Assembly (NCBI GenBank): GCA_025603075.1
Contig: MU626374.1
Coordinates: 1 to 64,000, forward strand
Reading direction: 5' to 3'
DNA from: Neoconidiobolus thromboides FSU 785
Taxonomy: Eukaryota > Fungi > Entomophthoromycota
Length of the DNA stretch: 64,000 bases
The notes beneath the pieces are model-generated. The model searched no databases, was not told the DNA's origin, and saw only the letters and a program-made list of their open reading frames with translations. The stretch's first letter is position 1. Each line of letters opens with the position of its first letter. A program made the position numbers and the translations under genes. Of the stretch, positions 47,585 to 57,687 are shown one piece after another.

Positions 47585-49389
47585 AAATCTTGAATTTAGA
47601 CAAATAAAATGCAAATATAGATTTTTAATTGTAAACTGTTTAAAAAGGCAAGAAGCGTATTTTGATGTAACCAATATAAAAAAACCGAAACAGTACTAAA
47701 TTTAATGACTATTGTAAAATTACGGATTTTTTGAACTTACATAGATCTGGTATAATAGTAAAAATAAAACTTATAGATGAGTGGATATTACAAATAAACA
47801 TTGGCTAGGTTTACCTAGAGATTGAGATTTTTATATTTATTAATTCATATTACTTTTAAATATCACTTTTATAACTTGAAATATCGGATTTATCTTCTCC
47901 CAACCTTCATTCAAGAAGTTTATATTCAAGTTTTATTATTATTGCAATTTAATACCTGGATTAATGATTAATAGTTCCGTTACTATTTTCAAGTCGACCA
48001 CTCTATAATAAGGAATTTCACTATAGCAAAGATAAATTATTGAAAACGGGTACTGAAGGGTCATGAAATCAAATTGTGCGATATTAATTCGAAAATTGTT
48101 ATAAGCTTATTGATATGTTTAGTGACATTCTTCTTTATTTGTTAATTTCATTGAATAAAATTAGAAATTAACTTTAGATAAACAATTTAGTCTCTAATTA
48201 TTTGACACATAAAACATGCTATAATAGTTATAAATATAACATAAAAAGGAGGCTGGATATATTTTTCTGAAACTGAAAGTATAAAAGTATATTAAAATGC
48301 AAAACCACATGATTTAAGTGAGTCGTCTAATTAATAATTGAGATTCCCTATGATATTAGTATCCAACTAAGCCTAGAACTTAGTTAAATAAGTACTATAT
48401 TTTTATTTTTATAGATTTAGATTAATTTCGTACTTTAATATTTGTGATAACAATTATTCTGAGAATGAGGTAATTTTAGTAGGACATTGTTAATTTTTTA
48501 GAGGGCTTAATACAAAACTTTAGTGATTTGTTAGCCAAAGTAAAAGCTGTTTAAACAAAAACAGTAATAATGTTAATATAGCTTAGAAGATTAAAATAAA
48601 CCACTATAGTCTATATAGTTTAAGAACTGTTTTATTTCTAAGTTGTGTTTTATTATAAGAATTCCACCTATAGCTTACATCAGGACTTTTCTACTTAGCA
48701 ATAACAGAAAATCTACTGTTTTTAGCCTCGCCGCTATCTTAATTTTATTTCTACATTAGTATATTACTAAAATAATGACTGGTATTCCTTTTTTACACTA
48801 TACTATCCGTCTTATAATAAAATAAAGATTTAAAGGAACAATAGGATTTATTATAAGAAAATAATAAAGAGTGATGAATTTAAACTGGGATGCTTTATAC
48901 CAATATAGTAAAATGTATTTTTGAGAATTGATTTCTACTTATAGAGGTAATTATCATTGTATAGAAAAAAGATTGAGTATCCTATTAATCATATCCTTTC
49001 TAGCATATAGTTTTTATTTTAGACAAAATATTTAACATTTCAATACATTACTTTATAATAAGAAGACTAATGGTGCGAATATTAATAAAAACATATTGGC
49101 GTTATCTAAATTGTATTACTGTGTATATTAAATAATATAAAAAAGCTAAATAAATATTACTTATTTTTAAATTTGTTATTGTAAAAATAAACCATGCAAT
49201 TTAAAAAATCTGGTTTAAAATTAGTGAGTTGGATAAAAGTTATTTTGGATTTTCGGAATTCAGTGAATTGAAAAATTCTTGGATTTTTTCTTTAAGAATA
49301 AATTCGCTAATTCTTAGAAATACAGGACTATATATACTTTCAATAAGAAACAACTTATCGTGTTATATTATCAAAAATAATTCAAATTG

Positions 49390-50257
49390 ATGAGTACTTC
49401 AACTAAGCTAAAGTCTAAGAAAAACTGTGTTCAAGCTTGTGATGGATGTAAAGTGAAAAAGAGAAAATGCGTAAAGGGACAGGATGCAATATGTGAAAAC
49501 TGCAAAAGGCTAGGCAGCGTATGCACTTATTTAATAAAAAACAATAAACGGGGAAATTCAGAAAATTATAAAAAGAAGTCAGCTTCTACCCCAATAATAG
49601 AAGGATCTATGGCAAACTATCCAATGAGCTCTGGCGACCGCTTTTCTGCCAATACAAGCCCTGGAACTCAATTTACTTATGCTTCTACTTCTTATACAAA
49701 TGTACCATCATCTTATCGCAATCGAAGCCCATTATGTTTGGAGGTAAATTCACTGGATTCAAACCTATCGAACGGTACTTTCTTTGACTATGATATGGAG
49801 TTAAATGAGTATGTAATTAAAGGATGTGAGCTAGAAGATTTATTCAACTTAAGCGAAAATTTCCATAAAATACCAAATATCAATTTGATTTCAGTGATAT
49901 CTGAGCAGCAAATTAGAGATCTAAGGTTTATACCTTTAACTAATTCGATCTTGTTATTATTGTACTCTTTAGCTTCAATCACACAGTATTACAGTGATCC
50001 TTTAGATATGAAGAAAGTTTCAATTTTGTATAATAAGGGTCTTAAGCTATTGCCAGATTGCTCCAATATTCCTGAAATTGAAACGCCAGTAGTAAACACA
50101 GCTGTCTTCATTTTAAATTGCTTATACTGTAACCTAAATATGTAATTACTTTATTCTTTTGTGCCTTATCTTTTTATTATAAATTAAATAATTTTTTACC
50201 TCTTATAGTTCTTATATTATTTTAGAACATAAAATGACATTGGAATTTATAGTTTAG
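49390..50257 (+). CDS. Zn(II)2Cys6 fungal transcription factor
   Basis: QACDGCKVKKRKCVKGQDAICENCKRLGSVCTY = CX2CX6CX7CX2CX6C. ATG at 49390. A probable terminal intron (gtaatt..atag, ending 50208) extends the ORF from 50145 to TAG at 50257; this 3' end is less certain. Confidence 0.88.
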
Positions 50258-51445
50258 AATTGTTATTCATACTAGTTTAGTATATCATAAAATCCGAGTT
50301 TTATTTAAAATATTATTAATATAAATTTTGACATAAATTCTGCTATTAAAACATAATCTTTTTCATTTCATATGATGAATTTAAAATAAAATAAGACGAT
50401 GATAGTCATTAGTATACAAAAGAAACGTAAATAAAAAATATTGACTAAAATTAAAGACAATCAATTATTTGGACTTAAACTAGAGTTTTATTCTAACAAA
50501 ATATGAATATAAACTTTTATCCTGTTGAAGGCCACTCTCTGATAGTACAGAAAATAATCATGATTATTTTGTAGTTCTTAAATTTGGATTTATGACAACA
50601 ATTTGAAATCCATGCTTTTACGGTAATAGATAACTTATCCTTTTCCCTTTACATAAAAAATGTAAAGACTCATTGTTAACATTCTAGGTTAAAATATAGT
50701 TCGAAAAATAATACAAATGGCCCTGGATAGCATTATGGGCTTATTTAAATGTGCAAAAATCTCTAAAAGGTAAAGCTATTTCCTAAAATTACAATAAGCT
50801 ATGAAAGTATTGAACTCCTTTACTCCTTTTGTTTTATATCGCCCCTTTTGCTATACCTTTCATTTTTTGGTTTAACTGTTTACGTTAATAAAGCGCCAAT
50901 GGACTTATATACATGAGTTTTTTAATTATGCAAAATAGCAGTAGTCCATATTTATAGTAAAATTACAATTTCGAGTTGAATCTTTAATAAACGAGCTGTT
51001 GGTACTTTCTTACACTCAAATAAAGTGTGTCCTAGTTTCAAAGTTATTTCGTGCCGATTTAATTAATTACAATTAATAATACTTAAATAACTTATATTAA
51101 ATAATAAGAATATACAAAGATAAACATGGATATTATAGGTTATTAAGCTAATAAAGTAAATTTTTACAGTAATAACAAATTAATTACAAGTGCAATTTAA
51201 GTAATCACAATAGCAGAAGACAAACCTATAGATCTCATTTAATTGGTGGAAACGTAAAAGTAATATAATGCTTACTAAAATTAGACAATGAGAGCTTGAA
51301 AAAGTTCTTGAAATTATACATTTAATAAATTATATATTAAATTGAAAGTCATTATAGAGAAAATAAGAATTTTTAAAACTTTTACTTTTTTTAACTTTGA
51401 TAGTTCACTATTTAATTTAATAATACAATAATATAATATACTACA

Positions 51446-52279
51446 ATGTTATCTGTGGACCAACTTTTAAATCATGTATCTAGTAATAGTTTTTATAAGA
51501 AGCTTAGTTAATAATCAACTAACTGAAGTTTAGGTTATATAAATTACGTCCTTATAGGATTTGGCATAATCTTAGTAGCCTTTGGTATTGCGTTTTTAGT
51601 AGTCAATCGTCGTCTCATTAAGTTCCTTTACTTTGTATCTGGTGTTCAAATCTTTGGTAATTACTATAAGTTAATACTATAAACATCGAATTAATATCTT
51701 TCATTAACAATAGCAAGTTTGTCCTTTTTAATTGGTTCAACTATAATATACTCCAGCAACATCAAAGACCCCAATAATTATACTCCACTTTATATACTAT
51801 TTGGTACATCTGCAGGTTTAGGATTAGTTGGTGGTATTTTGGGTGCTTACTTTACAAGGTTTGGCTCAGTTTTAGTAGGTTTAGCAGGTGGTTTAAATCT
51901 ATGGCAACTAGTAGCCGGATTTATTAAGAACCCTACGCTTAACTTAGTATTTTCAATTTTATTAGCTATTGTAGGTGGTATCTTATGTGGCTTCTTCAAA
52001 AACCCAATTGAAGTTGTACTTGCTGCATTTACAGGATCTCATTTGTTTACTAAAGGGCTCTTTCTTATCACCCAAGGTGCTATGGTATTATCCGCTTTAC
52101 CTAACCCTAAATTAGTCAAGTATTTGTATTTTGCTATGATCGGAGAGGTTTGCTTAAAAGCTTTGGTATTTATTATCAATGCTGCTATCCATCTTATGAG
52201 ATACTTTAGTGAAAATGGAGAAGCTGTAGATCAAGAAACACCCGAAAGTCAACCAATGTTAGAGCGTGATCAGGAGTGA
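51446..52279 (+). CDS. Multi-pass membrane protein, DUF4203-like, paralog 3; 3 exons
   Basis: ATG at 51446; spliced MLSVDQLLNHVS|SYINYVLIGFGIILVAFGIAFLVVNRRLIKFLYFVSGVQIF|ASLSFLIG joins the 51719..52279 ORF; aligns along its length with 8354..9097. Confidence 0.8.
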
Positions 52280-53211
52280 TTGCACATTTAGTAGCTAGCA
52301 ATTTAACGGGGTTTGTTTTCATTTTTATGTATTTTTGAAAATAAAATATTTTAAACTACCAAAATCAGTAATCTAATGTGACAAAATGCTTTAAAGAAAT
52401 ATTTTGAAATCCACTCTTGTTTCAGTATCTTTTGCATATTCCAAACAGCCTAAGATATAAAAAATATTGGGTTTTCTCGTATATCCTACCACGAAAAACA
52501 AAAGATTGCGTAGAATCTATTCTTGAAGGTACCAATACTACAACAATAAGGTCATTTTTTGCAATGTTGTCACTGTTTCCCAAAAAAAATCCCAATCGAA
52601 AAAGTTACTAATAAGATTGATTTTATACTACAAAAAATTGGGATTAGCTAAAAACTATCTCCTTATCAAAAAGCTTAGAAGTTTGAATTACAGTTTTAGC
52701 CAAAACTACTACTTTTTTAGAGTTAGATTTTTGCAGCAAATATATGGGAAAATCTAATATAGACAAATTCTTAAAACATGAGTATTTGGAATTTAGATTA
52801 TTAAGAAATTGAAATACTCATTTATTTAATATCGACAATGTTGTAAAAGATATATAAAGAAATAAACACTCAACATTAAATTAAAATACCCAACTTTATT
52901 ATCAACTAAAAAGTATTGATTAGATCCTTTAATAAAATTAATACTTTAGCAGTAAAGAGTAGTTAGAAATCATTTGTTTAAAAAACGAGGTAAAAAAGAT
53001 GTAATTTTTTAACCAACTTTAAAAAAATACAAGTATGAAGTCTAATAAAATTGTAATTCTACTTTAAATAGATTAGGTAAAACTCTATGATGAAATAAAA
53101 TAACGTTTCTGTTTTGCCTCATGGGCAACTAATGTAATTGATTGATTATGATATGTAAATATATATATAGTCTGGAAAATAAAACAATACTAAAATCAAA
53201 TTCACTATTTA

Positions 53212-53829
53212 ATGCTTTTCAATTTTATCATCATCTTATTCTTATATAATCATCTATCAATATTATGCCTCAATATTCAAGGTCCACTGTTAAATAGTCA
53301 AAAAGGTAAAGTACATAGTAAATTAAAGTTAAAGCATAATACTAATTAAAGCATAGATATATTATCTTCTAATGCACCAAATAGCTATAGTTTTGATTCA
53401 ACAAATGATAGCTATGATAGTGATCTTGAATGTGAACTAGCACACTTACCTACTAAGTATCCATTTTCCATTGAAATGAACAAATACGCTTCACATATAC
53501 CAAAAGGTCAATGTACCGAATGGGCGGATGGTAGATACTATCAACTTACCGGCAACCATGCTTTGTTTAATGGTGATGCCTATAAGTGGAATGAATTGGC
53601 AAGCAATAATCAAGATTGGAAAGTGAGCAAAATTCCTAAGGTACCATCCATAATGGTAACTGAAAAATATACGAACGGAGCAGGGGAATTCGGCCATGTC
53701 TCTATAGTGGAATCTATTATTGATCAAAATACAGTGTGTACCTCAAACTGGAATTTTCCTCAAAGAGGCAAACTTACGCTTAAAAAAGTTAGGATTATTC
53801 CTTCTACTTCGTTCATTTATCATAGATAG
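53212..53829 (+). CDS. Secreted CHAP-domain protein, paralog 2; 2 exons
   Basis: ATG 53212 with signal peptide MLFNFIIILFLYNHLSILC; 51 nt GT-AG intron 53306-53356 with an ACTAAT branch site; IPKGQCTEWADGRYYQLTG identical to paralog 1; FGHVSIVE and CTSNWN retained. Confidence 0.88.
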
Positions 53830-54322
53830 ATTGTGTTTTATATTAGTTGAATGTTTATTTTTAATTAAAGTTGTTTTAGATAACAAAATGTTAAATCTTG
53901 ATTTTAATTTAATTGTATTAAAAAATGAATATTTCGGTTAGTATTATTAATAAGTATTAGTCTATTCTTAGTTTAAATCTATTACTACTGAATTTATAAA
54001 AGGGTTGGTCTAAAATCTCCCTCCCTATATAATCTTAATTATTTCTGCTTTAATAGCCTACTCTGGTTATATTATTAACTCGGTTAAATAATTATCCTTA
54101 CTAAAATCAAACAGATCATAATTGAACAAATAAAAAAATTGCCACAAAATATATCATCCCCATAGAGTCATACCTCTCTTTGATACTCGAATAAAACTTT
54201 ACGCAGCCTTTAACTGCGTATAACATTGCTTGATTTAGATCAAAATATTAATGGTTTACATAGCTTTAATAGGAATAGATATCAAGTATGCACTTCATGT
54301 AGAAGTGATCAAACTAATAGAA

Positions 54323-54910
54323 TTAGTTTTCTTTTGTTTCAGTAGAAGGCTTAGTAAAGAATGAGTCTAACTCTTGATCAAGCTCTTCTTTGGTTTTTTT
54401 AGGACGAGATTCATTGTTACGGCGACCTTTGGTGCGGCGTTGGTTACCACCCCTTCTATTACCGTTACCTCTCTTATCATTGAATTCACGAGTTGGCCCA
54501 ACACGAGATGAAATTGGAGCCTTTGCATCTGATGGGGTGTATGGGAGAGCCAATTTCATTGAACGGCCATCAAGAGTGACACCATGGTATTTTTTAACAG
54601 CAGTGACGGCGTCAATAGAGCGAACAAATATAACCTCACCGGTACCTTGAGACTTTCCATTGGAGTCAAAGTTGATGTTGGCAGAACGAATACGACCAAT
54701 TTGACCAAATAATTCTTTGATATCTTCTACGGTTACATTGTAATGAAGATTAGATATCAAAATCTTGTGGACATCTTTAAGATCGTTAAGCTCCTTATTT
54801 TGTGGAGCTCTACCCCTTCTGTCATTGCCATTCTTGCGTCTAGCGCCACCATTAAAGGTTTTTGAGCTCTTAATAACATCATCTAATGAAAGATCTAATT
54901 GAGACGTCAT
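54323..54910 (-). CDS. YRA1: mRNA export adaptor YRA1/ALYREF (THOC4)
   Basis: N-terminal REF motif LDLSLDDVIK, central RRM (KILISNLHYNVT, SQGTGEVIF, YHGVTLDGRSM), C-terminal REF motif KTKEELDQELDSFF; intronless. Confidence 0.93.
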   Translation of the reverse strand: MTSQLDLSLDDVIKSSKTFNGGARRKNGNDRRGRAPQNKELNDLKDVHKILISNLHYNVTVEDIKELFGQIGRIRSANINFDSNGKSQGTGEVIFVRSIDAVTAVKKYHGVTLDGRSMKLALPYTPSDAKAPISSRVGPTREFNDKRGNGNRRGGNQRRTKGRRNNESRPKKTKEELDQELDSFFTKPSTETKEN

Positions 54911-55253
54911 GGTAAAGGCTATTAAAGAAAATTAAGAGAGAATTAAAAGTTAATAATGCTTAGTATGGGGTTTTTATCCTCTTTATACTTTCTTAAGTTT
55001 GAAAGAGCCAATCAAAATCGCTTATTTTTAACGATTTTTATGACTGCTTGATCTAATTGGATTGATTTAGCTTTCAGGAATAAAATTAGTCTTAGCATTG
55101 CTTGGTCAATAACAATCTATCCTTATGTTTTATGTGGGATGTTTTTTCAACTTAATAATTTGTTTATTACCTATCCAGCTTTAAATCTGAAAAATTATAT
55201 TAGGATTCTTATGCAAAAAAACATTTTAATTTATTCTAAAATGCCTATTAATT

Positions 55254-55348
55254 GAGGGTATTTTTTTGACTTCATTTTTTCCATCTTTTAAGCACTATTT
55301 GAGTGGAAAGATTGTTAGTAAAATCCTTAAATACAAAAATACATTCCC
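55254..55348 (+). mobile_element. MITE family A, copy 10 (95 bp)
   Basis: GAGGGTATTTTTTTG...CAAAAATACATTCCC; flanks AATT/AATT (55250-55253 and 55349-55352). Confidence 0.9.
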
Positions 55349-56046
55349 AATTTTTAAAGTTTATAAAGCGTTATTTTAAGAACAACATAAAGATAACAAG
55401 AGATTCAACGTAATGTAGAATGAACTTTATAATAGTATACACTGAAAGCATCTATGTCTTTATCCTTTTAAGTACACGCTTTTTTTGACTATTAAGTTGC
55501 TTTTATGAAAGCATTTGATTAATTGAAACTATCCACTCCTTGCAAATGAATTCTATCCAGCAGCAGTATATTTAATTATAGAAGAGCATGAGTAACAATT
55601 TTATACAAATTATATACTTTGTGGTATTTCCAAAATAGCCTCGGATACAAAACACCAAGGACTTAAAAATTTGTAATGATTTCTTTACTAGCTGTCAATT
55701 GTCAAATCCACTGTTAGATTGAACTTAGCTTAAAGATATTTATGTACTGAAAATAAAAAGAGGATGATCAAATGTTAAGATAGCTGATAGAGCTATCATC
55801 TTTAAATTTGAATAGTTCTAATATAAAAGGCTTTTGTTTAATACTTTTTCGCTTCAAGATTAAATGAATTACATTAAGATTAAGTGAATTTACATTATTG
55901 GCTTGACAGATGCAAATATTTAAATTTATCTGTAGAACCTATAGAATCAGCAAATAAGATAACTTCACATAAAAAAAATTGCAAAAAGCTTCAACCTATT
56001 AAATTTAGGTATAACAACGAATCAAATCAAACTAAAAATTCAAAAA

Positions 56047-56176
56047 AAAAACGCGTTTTGGCAATTCAAATTGAAATTTCAATTTTACAAAAAACTAAAA
56101 TTTCCAAATTAGGCAAAAGCTCAAGTTTAGCTTTAAGTTCAAATTCAAATTTTAAATTTTAAAAAAAGTATAAAAG
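56047..56176 (+). promoter_or_regulatory. Histone H3 promoter: MCB-like ACGCGT, repeated (A)TTCAAA motifs and TATA box
   Basis: AAAACGCGTTTT palindrome (core 56051-56056); several TTCAAA/TTGAAA motifs between about 56037 and 56150; TATAAAA at about 56169. Confidence 0.6.
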
Positions 56177-56219
56177 GCTAAAAGATTTAACTTAAATCAA
56201 AAAATTATTAACTATTTAA

Positions 56220-56633
<414 letters not shown>

Positions 56634-57687
56634 ACACTGAGCTATTTATAAGTCCTATAACATGTATCTTAATTTTATTAAATAGGTATTGGTGTATCAC
56701 CAATAAAAATATTAATCCTTTAATTGTCATTTAAATTTGATATGCTCATAAAACGTTTTTGTAAAGTTTAAATAAAACATTTTATAAACTATATCTTAGT
56801 TTAGAGCTCTGATTTTTTTAGTATTTAAGGATTATATGTAATTTTAGAAAATAAGACAAACAAAACAGGCAGTTTACCTCAATATTAAAGTATAAATGTT
56901 AAAATTTTTCATTTTAAGTATTGCTCTTATTTTCCAGGTTTATGCTTTTTTATACACAATAATAACCTCTAAAATACTTGACTGAAAACCTAGTTTCTCC
57001 ATAGTGCAAACTTTATGGCGTTTTTATCATTTGCTATGAATTAATGCAAGGGAATTAGGAATTTGAAAAATCCATCCTATTTATAGTTTAGTATTAGCAC
57101 AGCCCCATTAATTATCTTCAAACTCCCACTGCCTTTAAAGAGCAGTATACCTCTATATCCTTCCTGTTTGTCTTTTTTCTATATTTTACTAAAGTTCCGA
57201 TTGAAGATTACTGCTCTTTAAATAATAAATATTACCAGCACATACAACATGTATCTTAAAGCATAAGTTTGAGAAAATGTTAAACCACTTTTTTATTTCT
57301 TATTTATGATAGCTGATATTGAACTAAACAAAAAAAGTTTTATCCTTTAGCTGATGCTTTACTGTGTCATTTATATTTTGATAAAATTTTATTTTATTTT
57401 ATTTATCTTTGGCAAATTTGAACTAAAATCATTTTAAAAATCACTTTCGCTTTTATTCACTTTCAAACTACATCAACAATATAGTAAATCCTTTGTTGTA
57501 ACTGAATTCAAATGACTTAAAACATAATATAGAAACATAAAACAGAAAGTAGCCTCATCATAAACAATTTTTCAAAAAAAGAAATAATATTTTTAATCAG
57601 CCAAAACAAATAATAATGAAAAAAAGCCATGTTAACATTTCTACTTGCAGTGTGCAAAAATGTCTTCAAGTGTAAAAAAGATGAATT

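Noticed and set aside
50551-50570. Perfect 20 bp palindrome AAAATAATCATGATTATTTT
   Set aside because: About one such palindrome is expected by chance in 64 kb at this AT content.
50750-51100. Possible LINE zf-RVT remnant (ETRTHF/FECKKV, minus strand), and a KIDFIL endonuclease-like word near 52615
   Set aside because: Each rests on one short motif needing a frameshift; no RT domain or poly(A) tail supports it.
55884-56162. 92 aa ORF upstream of histone H3
   Set aside because: TTG start, Lys/Ser/Asn composition from A-rich promoter sequence, and overlap with the H3 promoter motifs.
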